In this document: piece by piece, positions 1-14,800 of the stretch
Layout of the letters: every line of letters begins with the position of its first letter
Numbering within the stretch: the stretch's first letter is position 1
Assembly: GCA_023231475.1 (NCBI GenBank)
Contig: JALJEE010002733.1
Location: 1 to 64,000, forward strand
Length of the DNA stretch: 64,000 nucleotides
Direction of reading: 5' to 3'
From: Seison nebaliae
Lineage: Eukaryota
Position numbers and translations under genes: made by a program
The notes under the pieces: model-generated
What the model saw: the letters and a program-made list of their open reading frames with translations, nothing else
The model's database searches: none
What the model was told of the DNA's origin: nothing

Positions 1-359
1 AAACCGTGCGTTGAAGACCACTTAGAGGGTAATTTCTTGCCTAATTCAACGGATTGAGACGAAGATGATGGTCGTTCGCTGAAATGAAGCTCGTCAGTTT
101 GACAGGCTACTTCACATCTCACGATATGATGTTCTTTTTTCCTCAGGACTTCGTTTAATAACTGTTTGATCTCACACAGCTCTGTCAGAACGTCTTTTTG
201 ATTCGAACTTGGTTTTGGGACTTTCATGCCAATGAAAGATGTTTCGCAATTTGAAGGAACACCGTCGGTCTCACCACTCTTCCTCTTTCTTCCGCTTTTG
301 GATGAAGATAAATAATATAACTCTTTTACATATATATTCTTAATTATCTGCTCGATCAT
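1..359 (-). mobile_element. Probable 5' end of a LINE ORF1 (runs off the window start)
   Basis: Manual translation from ATG at 359 is open to position 1: MIEQIIKNIYVKELYYLSSSKSGRKRKSGETD...DVLTELCEIKQLLNEVLRKK. Its N-terminus resembles ORF1 of the LINE at 21136 (MAELLKNLGKNNENLSSPDSKKRKK) and is likewise followed by a coiled-coil-like segment. Confidence 0.45.
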
Positions 360-1110
360 CTTAATTAAATCCACTAGCAACGCAGATATAACGATATGAA
401 TTAACTTCCGAGGTGTCCTTACCATGCCCTTTATAGACTGGAGTGATCGAAAACACTCTGATGTTGCTGTAGTCGGCATTGCCCAACAACACATCATTGA
501 TATATTGAACTATCAGTTGAAATGATCAGTTCTTCAATTTATCCAATTTTTTCTGATGAAGACTTCTTGATATTATTATTATTTATTATAAAAATTATAT
601 ATATAAAATATTCCGGTTCTTTCGGAGGAATTCTATCATTGTAAGATATATTCGTTCTCTTTGAATTTGGAGTTTTTCCTCTTTGGCTCCCATTATTTGC
701 TCCTGAGAACGTAGATTTCGCTCTTTGACGCTTTGTCGTTTTTTTCTTCAAATCATTATTATTCTTACCTCGATGCCGCTTCAAGTGCATCCATCATCGC
801 TTTGATAGTAAGGCTGATGGATTTCATTTTCGTCATCCACTTTCTCTCCTTTACCAGAATTAATATTTTTATTAGTCGACATGTCAAAAAGTCTCTTAAG
901 TTTAAAAAGCTTGTTTTAAGTCAAAAAGAATTTATTATAATTTAATTGATGTTTGAGATATTTGTTAGTTCAATTTGAAGAAAAAGTAGAAATAATGGAG
1001 TGAGAACCCAGAAGATTAAAAGTAGAATATTAGAAATATTCCAACGAAACTGATTGAATTGAATTTGTGAGAATGAACAATAGACAAATGGTTTATGTTT
1101 TCGTGAATTG

Positions 1111-1683
1111 TTAGATGACGGATGGTGTTAGGAGATTACGGATTTCTGCATCATTTGTACAACCATCTAAAAATTCTTTTTCGGAAAGGAATCCATCTGA
1201 TGTACTGTCCATATTTCCAAATATTTCTTCTACTCTTACTTCGGGTTTTGTAGCTCCATTCATTTCCTTTTCTCCCATCAATTCATAAATTGATTTAATG
1301 ATAATTCCCAGTTCCTTTTTGTCAATTCTACCATTCGAATCGATGTCGTACATTTTGAATGCCCATTTTAATTTCGTTTCTATGTCATTTCCAAACGTGA
1401 TGGATATGGCGATAAGGAATTCTCTAAAATCAATTTTGTTAGAACCATCAGTGTCGAATGTGCGGAAAACATGTTCTGTAAAATGTTCTACGTTACCGTC
1501 CGGATAAAACTGTTTGTAGACTTCGGAAAATTTTTTTTTCGTCAATTGACCAGATGGACAATCGTTAAGGAATTCCCGATGCCAATTTAGCACAGCGGAA
1601 CGGCTGAATCCTGTTGCTTGTTCTAATAGTGAGATTTCTGATTCGTTTAATGGAGAATTGCCTTTTGACAACTTCTTTCCCAT
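1111..1683 (-). CDS. Neuronal calcium sensor family protein (neurocalcin/hippocalcin/NCS-like), intronless
   Basis: 190 aa; N-myristoylation motif MGKKLS; CPSG in the disabled EF1; EF-hand loops DTDGSNKIDFRE, DIDSNGRIDKKE, DSTSDGFLSEKE; KLKWAFKMYD signature. Confidence 0.95.
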   Translation of the reverse strand: MGKKLSKGNSPLNESEISLLEQATGFSRSAVLNWHREFLNDCPSGQLTKKKFSEVYKQFYPDGNVEHFTEHVFRTFDTDGSNKIDFREFLIAISITFGNDIETKLKWAFKMYDIDSNGRIDKKELGIIIKSIYELMGEKEMNGATKPEVRVEEIFGNMDSTSDGFLSEKEFLDGCTNDAEIRNLLTPSVI

Positions 1684-1858
1684 TTTTGCGCCACAAAAAA
1701 TTGGTCGAAAAACGAAATGAAAAATTGAAAATGTCGAACATAGAAAAGCGCACTTATTGAACGATATTCAATGAATTCTAATATTCCGTCTATAAATAGA
1801 GTAGATTTTCTTCCTTTTCTTCATATTTAATTTTACTGTTTATTATTAAGGTCAATAG

Positions 1859-1913
1859 AATTTGGGGCTAGCGAAAAATTGACGCGCAAAGAATTGTTCG
1901 CTAGCCCCAAATT
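1859..1913. repeat. Short near-perfect inverted repeat (22-bp arms)
   Basis: aatttggggctagcgaaaaatt - 11 nt spacer - aattgttcgctagccccaaatt; one mismatch between the arms. Confidence 0.85.
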
Positions 1914-1939
1914 TGGGAGATAATTGATGGAAAATTGAA

Positions 1940-2080
1940 GGTAACCATGGCAGGAGGAAGTTCTTGCTCTTCATCCCCTTCGAGGGATGGATGACAAAAT
2001 ATTGGGGAAGGACTTCTTACCCAATCCCAATAAGGGTGGAGAGAAGAGCAAAATACTTCCGACAAAGGCCATAGGTTACC
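1940..2080. repeat. ~140-bp imperfect palindrome, MITE/foldback-like
   Basis: ggtaaccatggc...ggaagttcttgctcttc pairs with gaagagcaaaatacttcc...gccataggttacc; weaker inverted similarity continues towards the centre; no target-site duplication seen. Confidence 0.6.
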
Positions 2081-2880
2081 GATACATCACTCCAAATCAA
2101 GTTACATTCAAAGAACATAACAATGGTTATGATGGAAAATATCTTCTGATGGTTGCAGAAACAAACAATCGGCTAATGGTTCTTACAAATATAGCATATC
2201 TTGTTAGATATATCAATTCTCAATGGTTAATGTAAATTGATGATCAGGAAATATTTCGATAATAGACTTAATTCATAATGGAGGAACTGATTCTCAACAT
2301 TATTTAATCTCAACATTATTAATTTAAATAAATTTTCCTTATGTTAATCTTGTTAAATAATCTAATTAAATTTATCGATAATTAAACTAACAAAACTAAG
2401 AAAACTTGTAAGTTATTGCAGTTATTTAGATTTTATTATAAGCGTTAATACCTGTAGGGAAATTGTAAAATGAAATAAATTTCCATGTTTGTCGTTCACG
2501 AAAGAAGTTCACGACCTCTTGGTATATGACAGGTATGGACAAGTTGGCATACAAAAGGCATACAATTGGTAGAATTATGTATCCTTGTAATATAAATAGT
2601 TAAAAATATTAAGTAGGAGAAAGTATAGAAAAATTATATAGGAGTTTTATGTATGAATTATATAAACTGGGTTTCAAAACTTTAGAACCTATCGATATAC
2701 ATCTATAATGAATAAATTTTAAATAAGCGTGTCATATCTTTAAAAACTGCAAGATTAAATAGCAGAAAACTATGTAAAATTTAGTTTACAATGATAAAAT
2801 TTAAATTTAACAATTTGTTAAATCTAAATATTTCGACCCACGCTATTATTTATATTTTACACAGCTAATCACATTTTATT

Positions 2881-3405
2881 ATGGGGAAAGCAAAAACATT
2901 ATCGGAGTTCGAAAAAGGACAGATAACGGCCTTATTGTCCAAAGGTGTTTCAGTAGCGGATATCGGCAGGAAAACTAATCGGTCGAAGAAAGTTATTTAT
3001 TCATTTAAAAATGATAAGAATTATGGTACGAGGATGAAGGAAACCGGAGGGAATCGGTGCACGGCTAGGTTAAACCGTCGAATTAGCCGCGAAGGACGGA
3101 AAATGGGTAGCAATTCTCGATCTATAGCCGAGAAATGCAAAACAAACGCAAGTAAATCGACCATTTGTAGGAGATTAAAAGAAGGAAAGGTCCATTGGGA
3201 AAAAATGAAAAAAGAACCCAAACTTAATTCCCAGCATAAAACGAAAAGAATGGAAGCAATAACTGAATGGATTGAAAAGGGTTATAATGGAAAACAAATG
3301 ATATTTTCTGATGAAAAAAAGTTTAATCTCGATGGACCAGATGGTTTTCTATATTGTTGGAGGATTAAAGGTTTATTTAGGTATTGGAACATAATATCCA
3401 ATTGA
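2881..3405 (+). mobile_element. Truncated Tc1/mariner (Tc3-like) transposase
   Basis: Paired-like HTH N-terminus (LSEFEKGQITAL...SVADIGRKTNRS), second HTH (SKSTICRRL) and first catalytic Asp motif IFSDEKKFNLDGPDG. The ORF ends before the remaining D/E catalytic residues. Confidence 0.9.
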
Positions 3406-4095
3406 TGTTTCAATATAAAATGCAATTTTATTCTTAAATATTCTTGAAGATTATTTTTTGATAGACGATAATTCTGTAAGAGTTAAATAAGTTAAATGTC
3501 ATTTCTGGTTGATCGGAGATATACGAGTTATGGGTATGATTATTTGATGAAACTATTTCGGTGAAATAAAACTGTAAAGAAGAAGAAGTATGGAGAAATG
3601 AATTACATAAAGATAAATGAGATGTAGTCACTATTCATAATGATAATTACTCGAATATAAACATTGATAAGAAATGTTGTAGTGTATCAAATGAGCAAAC
3701 AAGTTTTCAGTGAGAAATAAATAAACAAGAAGAGGATGATGAATTATTTTAAGGAAATATCAATTAATCAAATAAAATATGAGAGTTGTTGAACGAGTAA
3801 GATTTTGGGGGAAGTATTGAATTTAAATTTTAAGTTTAATCATTGAAATTTATCAAAATTTTCAAATTTTAATAATAATCTTCCCATTTTGTTATTAATG
3901 GTTGTTCATTCCCTAATCATTCGTTCATGAAGAGTCAAATTTTCCGAAAATAAATTAATAAATTCTTCTGTATTTTACAGATTGATTAGATACGAATATT
4001 TTAATAGAATTAACTGAAAGAAGTGAAAGAGAATATTTTGTCGAGATAATTCTGTCAATGACATTTAGCAGGAACACGTGATCCGATGAGTGAGG

Positions 4096-7000
4096 ATGGT
4101 GTTTGAAAGTGTTGTTGCTCATTTGGTTGATCGATGGATTGGTGGTTATATTGAGAATTTAGATCGAAATAAATTACGAGTAGATTTGTGGAATGGGAAT
4201 GTGGTGTTGAATGATTTGAAACTGAAAAGTAATGCATTGGCCTCACTCGATTTGCCCATCGAAATCAAATGTGGTTATTTAGGAACATTAAAATTGAAGA
4301 TTCCTTGGAAGAATTTCTTCGTGGAGACGGTGGATGTACAAATCGATAATTTGCATTTGTTAGTCGTACCGAAGATATCGGTGAATTATAATGCGAAGAA
4401 GGAACGTCAAGATGAGATCGATATAAAGAAACGTGAATTAGATAAACAAGAGAAATTGCGTCAACAATTATTATCAGCGTCACAATCGAATGAGAATGTT
4501 GGGGATATTGAGTCGACGGAGAAAAATGCCACTTTCTTTCAACGAATTCAATTGCAAATTCTTAGAAATATTCAATTGACAGTGACAAATATTCACATTC
4601 GATTCGAGAATGATTTGAGTCAATTGAATAATTGTCTTAATTCACCTCAACATATCAGTTGTCTCGGATTCACTTTAAGTTCACTTACATTAAATACGGA
4701 TATTGATAAGATGAGAGAGGAGAAGAGGAAAGATAGTCCACATAATCATATTTATAAATTGGGTGAATTGACAGCTTTCTCGATCTATTGGGATACGATG
4801 AATCTTCTACCGATTAATCGTCAGGAATCGGATAAATTTCTTTATCATCGTCTCTCTTCCGATCAAATGATTATTGAACGAATGAAGAAATTTATTGATT
4901 ACACTATTCATGATGAGAAGAATTTCATTAATTATCTCCTCCATCCACTCAACATTAAAGCGACATGTGAATTAAATATGAAACCGAACGAATTAAATTT
5001 CCAGTTACCAATGTTTTCCGTTCAAATTCAATTATCTGTCATCTCTTTACAATTCACTGATGAGCATTATCGTGATTTCAGTCGATTAGTCGAAGCGTTT
5101 GAATTGATGAAATTGATGTTGAAATTCCGTCCATATAAACCATATGATGGTGAGAATAACGTCTTGCCAATCAGAGGTAATGCGAGAATATGGTGGCGAT
5201 GTGCATATAAAGCGGTTGTGAATCAAGTTGTTCGACCGAGACGTGATCCATATCTCTGGAAAAATATTCGAATACATCGACAAAATTTCCGAAATTATTG
5301 TTCGATATATGCGAGAAAATTAACAAATCCGACAATGAATGAGAATGAAATGAAAAAAGTAAATGAAGAATTGAATAAATTGGAAGAAGTGCTCGATGTT
5401 TTCAATATAATGCTCGCTCGACGTACAGCTGAAATTCAAACAAATGTCACATCATCTGATTCAGTCAATCAAATTAAAACGGCTGAAAATAATAATGGTG
5501 GATGGATGTCATCAATTAGTAATTGGTGGTATTCAGATGATGGAAATACGACGAATGAAAATAATTCGATTTCCGAACAATTCCGTAAAGAAATGACGAT
5601 GGCAGAGAAAGAGAAATTACATCAAGCCATTGGTTATAATGAAGAAGAGAATACTTTCGGTTTCTTCCCTAAATCTTATATTAAATTGAGAATTTTCGTT
5701 CGATTGGATTCATTCAAATTCCATATAGCCACCTCATCATTCCGTAAAGATCATATTCTCTTCCAACAATTAATTTCAATGAATGTAAAGAATATGATGA
5801 GTCGATTTGAGAGACGTGCGGCTGATAATGGAATGACGATCTCATTAGAAATGGAAGATTTCAAATCTCATGGAATCTCAATACCATCATTAATATCGAA
5901 AATGGATGAAAATAATGGATTGGAATCAAAAGAATATGCTGTTATTGCACATTCGTTAAGTGATCGTCAAAATGATGATGAAAATTCAAAAATTCTTTTG
6001 AATATTTCTTATGAGAAGAAACCATTAGATGCCGATTGTGATCATCGAATAAATATGAGAGGAAAATCGATGAGATTCCTTTATCATGCTGAAACATTTA
6101 ATAAGTTGACGGAATTCTTCCAACAATCATCCTCCTCCTTCCACAATTTAAGAGAGGCGGCGTCAAATCGATTTATTCAAATGAAAATTTATTCTCGATT
6201 ATTATTAAAACATAATTTAGATCGGATGTCTTACACCGATGTAACGATTGATATTGAACCGTCATATATTATTGTAGCGAATCCAAAATCGAAATTATTC
6301 TATTCATCATATCATGAAACGAATTTGGTGTTTGAAGAAGGAACATTTAATGAATCGTTTCTTCTTTTTAATTTTGGTCGATTTTATTTGAATCGAACGA
6401 AAAATAATGAAATCGATTTTGATAAAGATGAAAAATATTTCACCAACATCTTCACTCGAGAAGAACGATTGGATCGTGAAAAGATGATATTAGTATGGCA
6501 ATCATATCATCGATTTGAAATTGAATTGACTGATTTACAAGTTCTCTTCATTTGTTCAGGTGAACGTTGGAAGAATGATGAGAAAGCTATTAATCAACAA
6601 TTATTCGGACCGATAAATCTCAGATTATTATTATTCAATTGTCAATATGTCGATGATTTACGTTTACCAAATGTTCGTTTCTTTGCTGAATTGCCATTAT
6701 TGAATGCGAATATTAGTGATTATCGAATGATAAAATTGATGAAGATTTTCAATAAAACTTATGGAATTATTTTTAGTCAATGGGAAGAGAGTGGAAGAAA
6801 TAATGAAATAATAGATGGAAATGATGATGATGAAGAGAAGAGGAAAATCATTCCTCATATCGATCCATTCAATCGAATAGGAATTGCTGAACGTGATAGT
6901 ATTGCTGTCATTCATCAAACGATTGATCATCAAAAGAATTTAATAAATAAAATTGAAACGAAAAACGGAGAAGAAATTGAAGAAAAGAAAAAAATGGGAG

Positions 7001-8813
7001 AAGAAAATAATGAACATTTGAATGCGTTGGAGATTGTGAGGAAACGTAATCGAATTACTGATAATAAAACGGATTTCGAATTCAATTTAGATATCGGAGC
7101 TTTAACATTATCACTCTATTCAAATCGAACGGTAGATGGGAAAAGATTAGAAAATAATTTGGAGAAATTATTCGCAACTTTTGCTCTATATGATTTCGAT
7201 CTCATCTTCGCCGTTAATCAATATGACACTTTCTTCAAACTCTCTCTCAGTGACGTAAATTTTCAACAATTTCGAATTACTGAAAATTTGTTGAATGAAT
7301 CAGATCAATATTTAATGCCGAATAAGAGTACTCATTATTTCTTAGTTAATCCAAAAGGTTCACGACAAAATGAAAAAGAAAGATTAAGTGAAAAATATAT
7401 TCACAATTATCGATGTATTAAAAATAAAGAGAATAAACGATTGGCATCATCTAATTCTTCAGAAACGAAACAATTAATTACAATGCAATTAATTCTACCA
7501 AAACCTTCAGGTAAAAATGATTTCGCTTATTATGATGATACAGGAACGATTTTCTTAATCGATATGACAGCTCTCTCCATCTGGTTACATGAAGATGCAC
7601 TTCAATCATTTCTTTTTCATTTAGAGAATATTCGCTCAGAATTTTCTGAATTACTCAAACTCTCCAAATCATCCACCACCAATATAACGGCTCAATCGAC
7701 ACATGTGATGGGGAAAGAGAATGTGGAAAATCAATCGAAGAAATCATCCGACTCTTCAAAAATGACATTCTCTATCAAATTAAATGGATCATTTAATGAA
7801 TTCCGTTTAGGATTATGTAACAATTCCACTTATTTCGCTTGTATCGATATATCTGGTTTTCATTTATCATTCGGCGTATCGAATGATGGTGGCAATCTTT
7901 TCAAGAGTTCTTTGACATCATTCAATGTTTATGATTTAAATAAAGATTGTCTTTATCGCAGTATTATTAGACAATCACATAATCGGAAACGAATCAAACC
8001 AAAAACGGAAAAGATGATAGAAGAAGAAGATAATCGTTTAATATATTTCCAATTTCGACAATATGCCAAAAAGAAATCAAATGATAAATTAAGGAATAAT
8101 AAATCAGAAAATGATAAAAAATCGAAAAATGGTAAATGTTCAAGAATTTCATCGACGAAAAATGAATCGGAGAATATCGTCGATTATGATATTTGTTGTA
8201 GTTTCCAACAGATGCATGTCGTCTTCCTCATGGAGCAATTAAATGTGATTCTGGAATTTATTGATAAATTTTATGATTATTTATCATATGCTCAATCTAA
8301 ATTAGATACGGAAGTTCGTTTAGTTAATAAGAGAATTACAGAAAATTTAACAAATACCATCTCTCCAACGAAGATTCAATTAAATATTTCTATTTGTTCA
8401 CCTGTTGTCATTCTCCCAATTCATCGATTGTCACGTGATTGTCTTTTGTTGGATTTGGGATATTTGACGATTTATACGAGTTTTTTTGATGTTCTCGAAA
8501 TCGATGAGAAGAAATGGTTGACGAATGATCATGTTCAGAAGACGATGGGCGTTTGGATCGAACAACAACATGTTCAATTGGAGGCGGCACATATCAATCA
8601 AGTTCGTATATCGGATACGGAGAAGATGGAATTCGAATTTGAATTGAATCTCCTCAAAATGTCGATAAAGGAGATTTTCATTAAACGGAATTTAGCTCGA
8701 TCATATTACGATTTGCCATATGTCCATTTTCGGATGAATATGAATGGAATCGGTTGTGATTTGAATAGTGAAACTTATAAATTAATTCTTCTCATTCAAC
8801 AATTCAATCTCGC

Positions 8814-8851
<38 letters not shown>

Positions 8852-11800
8852 TGACAAATATGAATGTGAATACAGGTGTGGTGACGATGAGTAATGTGGA
8901 TATTGGTGAGAAAAAGAATGGAAGTAAAATGAAAGTGAAAGAGATGGATATAATTGATGGAAAGAAACCATCAATTATGGAGAATCATCGGACACCACTC
9001 TACGAATGTGATTTGACATTGAACGATGTGACGTTATATTTGTATATGGAGAATTCATTTGAAGATTTGATGAATTTGAAGGAAGAAGATCGTGAGAAAT
9101 TCCGAAAGAATTCTTTTGCATGTCTCAAAATTCCATCGACCACCATCAATTTCAATCAAGAGAATAGTGGCGATATGAAAGCTGAAGTGATTATTGGAAC
9201 GATTTCTATTTATGATCCACGATTAATTGAAGAAGGATTGACTGAAATATCTGACGCATCTCGAATGTTACAAAAGGCGACTATATTCAATAAACATTTA
9301 CCTGAATCAATAATTAATCAACCGATGATTAAACTCAATTATTTCGCTACAATCAAACAACAGAAATTATTCGTCCGATGTTATCGTATTAATTATTCTT
9401 TATCCATCAGTTATTTGAAAGAGTTGTTGAGTTTTATTGAGATGCCTGATGTTGCCGAATATCTCAAAGATAATCTACCACCAAATTTCAATCCAAAACC
9501 ATCAACAGGAAAATTACCATCACCAATTGATTCGAAGTTGCCATCACCAATTGATGGAAAATTATCGTCACCAACAAAAGGAAAATTACCGTTAGCAATT
9601 GATGGGAAATTACGAGGAGGTAATGGTGAGATATCGGGAAATGATAAAGAAAAATTATCAAATCAACTCGCCGATACGAATGAAATGTTGATTAATATGA
9701 AAATGCTTTCGTCACGATTTTATTTGGTTGAGGAATATAATGATCCGAATGCTCTTGTACTTGTCGTGGCATTCCAAGAGAAAGAGAAAGAAGAAGAATT
9801 TGAATATCAAATGTTCACGAAGAGTGGACGAACAGAACAAATGGCACAAATGATGAATTTACATATGTATACCGTTCGATATGAACATATTGATCAAGAT
9901 GAAGCGTTAAGTTTAATTCTTTCACCAACAAACATCAAATTCGAATTGACAACAATTCTAAGTAAACGATCAATCGATAAAAATACACTTCCATCATCTC
10001 GAGCAACGTCCAATTATTCGATAAATGGAACAATCAATAACAATGAGAGGAATGATGATATGACAACAGATGATAATGATTTAAAAATGAAAAGTTTCTG
10101 TGAAGAGACTGGTAAGATTACAATGAGTACAATTAATTTGATAGTCAATCCGACAACTATTCGATTATTATCATCAGTTTATAAAAAGTTCCATTTAGAT
10201 ATTTTGGGAGAAGGAAAAAGAGAAAGAAAAGATTCCAGTCGAGTACAATCGGCAGTTCCTCCCGATTATTTAGAGACATCGATTGATGAATGGAAAAAAT
10301 TTCCTGTAAAAGAATCGATGCTTTTACCATTGCTCGATACGAATATCAAAGAATTCTTGGAAGAAGATGAAGAGAAATTGGAGGAAGTAGGAGATGATAT
10401 AATTTATCATCAACAAATGACTGTTGATCTTTCACCAATCGATATCCATTTCCAATTGGGTAATTCAGATAGTGTGGCAACGGTATTGAAAGTTCATACA
10501 GGAATGGTGGGAACGATTATCGATTGGAGTACACAATATTTGACGGTTGATATGAAATTAGAATTATTTATTCAATACTATAATCGCCATAATACGGCAT
10601 GGGAACCATTAATTGAACGTTCATGTATGAAAAATGAGGAAAATGAAAAGAATGAGAAATCTTTTTATTTCTTTCGATTTCTTTATGAAACGAAAGGAAC
10701 TTTCGAACCATTTCCAGCTATTTATGATTCGCTTTATACAATCGAAAGTAAAAATCCGTTAGAAATAACATTATCACGATCAGGTGTCTCATTTTTATGG
10801 TCGGTAGGACAATCGTTTAAAGAGGCATATAAATTGAAGAAACCGAAAAAGAAGATGAAAATGAAACTGTCGAAAATTATGACATCGAACGAACTTGGAA
10901 TTGATCTCGAAATTTTAGCTGGTTCTGTTATGTCATTCGCACCATTACTGACGGGGAAGAAAGCGATGTTTGTCGTTGATTATGATAATATGGGAAAATC
11001 GAATAAGATTGATAGTTTGAAGAAAAGAACGAAAAGTTTAAGAGCAGATAATACAAGTTGTCAAGGATCGGAACGATTAAAAATAAATAGTATGGAATTC
11101 AAAATTCGTTTAAAGAATAAATGTATTACACCATTATTAGTGACAGAAGAGAAATCATGTATCGTTCATTTTACCGTTAATGATGCTATTACTAATGCTT
11201 ATGTCTTACCAGGAGATTATGATTTCCAATATGCGACGAATAAATCAGGTGAAATAAAACCATTATTAGTAACGGATGTGGTTGTGAAGAATAACGCGAA
11301 GATTTGTTATCTTCGATCATCAGTTCGTCTTCATAATCGATTGAATCGAACTCTTGAAATAAATAAATCCACTGGTCATATTGTTTCATTATCGACGAAT
11401 AATTCTCATAATTTATATCTTCAAGAAATTTATAAAATTCCTTTTTCTATCGGAATTCGATTGAAGTCTGATAAGACTTTCTCATCATTACCGTTTGATG
11501 GTTTATTTGAAAATGTTAAAAAGAAAAAATTTGCTTCATTCGCTCTCTTACAATTGATTCATGATGATGGCTCGTCAGCATTTGCTCGATTATATTATCG
11601 TTATTCCAATCAATTCAATTTGAGATTTGTCGACATTTTCGTATGTCCATATGTTCAATTGATATCATATTTGCCAATTTCTTTCGATTTTACAACTATA
11701 TCGAGCAAATCGAATGAAATGCGTGATTGGAAAACGATTGAACCATTCAAAGAAATTCGACCATCACACAAATCACAAATTGCATGTAATACAGGTGATC

Positions 11801-14800
11801 ATTATGATTTCATCGATATTGATGTTCATCAATTTGGATTCAAATTAAAATTAAATAATTATCTCGAACGTGATTGGAAGAGTGAAACGAATGTGAATGT
11901 ATATGATTTTGAGAAAGAGTTTGAAGAGAAATTGAACGTTTTCTTTAACGATTTACAAGAGGAAGATATTTATACAAATTCTCTTCGTCTCTCATGTGAT
12001 CATGAAGATAATTTGGGAAGTAAAATGGAACATATGATCGAACCCGTCTTCATTTCTGATACACAACGATTCTCTTTCCGCATCATTTTCACTTTCCGAA
12101 ATTTCACTTTACAATGTGAAATTTTCTTTCCAATTCTCATCTTTAATAAAGTGGGGAATGGACTCGATATCCGTTTCACGAGTGAATGTGTCGCCACCGT
12201 TCCCAATGAAGATAAAGGATATCCTATTCTCAATATTAATCGACGTTTGAGTGAAGTGATTGGGAATAAAGTGTCGATTCGAATTATCAATTTCGAATAT
12301 TGGTCAACGAAATTTGATTTGAATGAAGTTCAAAATTTCTTTTCTGTTTATTGTAAAGATCAAGATAAACGGAAACATCGATTAGGTATCAATATTGCTC
12401 TCTCATCAGCTGGTCGTACAAAATTAGTTACGATATTTCCATTTCATATGATTATGAATCATTTTGATAGTGCCGTTCTTCAAATTCTCGAATGTGGTTC
12501 TGATCAGATCACTGGTACTTGTCAATGGAAAGATGTTCAACCGAAAGTCTGTTCTCCTTTCTTTCCAATGGATAATTTGAATAGTGATTATAAAGCAAAA
12601 ATGAAAGTTCGCATTCGTGGTGATACGATGGAGGAAGATGATTTGACACATTTCTGGTATATGAAAAAACATACGACGATTTTATTAATGACAAAAAGTG
12701 AATATTTGAGAAAAAATTTAAATTTATCAGCCATTTGTGTTGATGTTGTTGTTCATCCGAATTCGGCAACTGTTCATTTCTATCCATATGCTCCAATTCT
12801 AAAAGGAATTAATGCGGAAATGGAATATTTATCAACTCAACCAGAAGATGAGACATTTGAAGATGCCGAAACTGATCACACGTCTAATTTACATGATGAA
12901 TCATTTGATGGACAATTAATGGATATGAAAATCAGTTCAATAGAACAAGAGAAGAAAATTAAAAAGAAAAGTAATAGTAATGATGATGATGATGATGATG
13001 TGGATGTGATTGAGAAGAATGGAACAGAAATCAATCAACGTGATGTGAATTGTATTAGTAATGGATCGCGTGCATTCATTCAAATGATTAATCTCATTAA
13101 TGATGATTATCGATTAGAATATTATCAAACGAACGAACCATCAAAATTACGTTGTTTATCATATGGTCAATCCGAATTATTTGTATGGCCTGATCCAACA
13201 TTAAAACGAGAGATTACTTGGTTAGTGAAATGGGGAGAAGAAGTCATTTCTCAATCATTCATTAATGATCGAACGATAACAGGTGAAATCATTCATGAAT
13301 ATAAACATGATAATCTTCAATTTGAAATGATTCCATTATTTGTTGGATATCCCATCATTCTCTTTACTTCCAATGAAATGTTAATAAATATTCGTAAAAA
13401 GAAATTGGCACGAATCAGTCGTGATTTAGATAGTCAGAAATTAACATTATCCTTCTCTCATATCGGTATTTCCATCATTGATGATAGTCGTCGTATGGAA
13501 TTATTTTATTTGAGATTTATTCAATCTCATCCAATTTGGAGATATTTAAAAAATGGAGATTGGATCGATTTCGGAAAAACGAATTGTGATGTTCTTCAAA
13601 AATTCTATGAACGTTACGTGAAAGAGAAAGAAAGTGAATTTCCAATTGAACAGAAATTAATACAATTACAAAATCCAAAAATCCCTATACGGGGAATGGA
13701 AACGGCCAATTTCGCCGCTATGACATTGAGAACGACTGATAATCAATTTCTTCAAATTCATCAATTCATTTCCGCCGGATTAGCTCTCAATCTTCAAATG
13801 GGTATCACAGACATTCTCTTCGAACTTTTTATATTTAATCTCCAAATCGATAATTGTGTTTACGGTACAACATATCCAGTAGTACTCGTTCGATTACCGT
13901 TATTAAAGAAGGAGAAAGAATTACACAACGATTTACCTTTAGTCGCGTTGAGTTCGAGAATTCAATTTAGTGAAACGATGAAACGAGTCACATTTCTAGA
14001 GATGGCATTACAACGATTCGAATTGAAAGCAGATTCAAATAGTGTGACGAATGCTTTCCTTTTGGCTGGTACGAAATTATTTAAAGAGATAATCGATATG
14101 GATAAAGAATATGCTTATTATAATCGACCATTATTTTATTCGACTGAATTACATCGGAAAGTGGATAAAGAAAAGATTTTTTATAGTAAACTTCTCATCG
14201 AATCATTACAAGCAATCGTCTCACAAAATACTCGATCTACCGAAGTGGCACCATGGTCTGATAATGTTTATTTGAATCGTTTAATTAATAGTGTAATGGG
14301 TGTGTTAGATGTGAAGAATTGTAATGTTGATATACCAAGATTTATTGTTGATGGAGAATTCTTATCGATGGATGAGATATATTCTCGATTGTGGACACAT
14401 TTCTCTTCGGAATTCTGGAAGATTGCAATGAATGCTATCATTTCACTCTCTATCATTGGTAGTCCAGCTGATGTTATCAAAGGTTTGAAAGCAGGAACAG
14501 ATGAATTGATTTATGGACCTTATAATGCATCAATGGTAGAAACGGAGAATATGGCTTCAGGTCTACTTACTGGTGTCACCAGATTTATGGGTGCTACAGC
14601 TGGTGAAGCAGCTGGAATTGTTGGGAATGTAACAAATGTTATGTCGAAAGGTATTGCAGCCGCATCATTAGATCCACAATATCAGAAGAGACGATATGCA
14701 TTCAAAGCACAAAATACGAAAACTTTTGGAGAAGGAATGGGAAAAAATATTTGGAGTTTTCGAAATAATTTCCAAGAAGGATTCACTGGTATTTATAAAA

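Noticed and set aside
539..850. Basic 83-aa ORF
   Set aside because: Low-complexity and without a domain; perhaps another LINE ORF1 remnant but unsupported.
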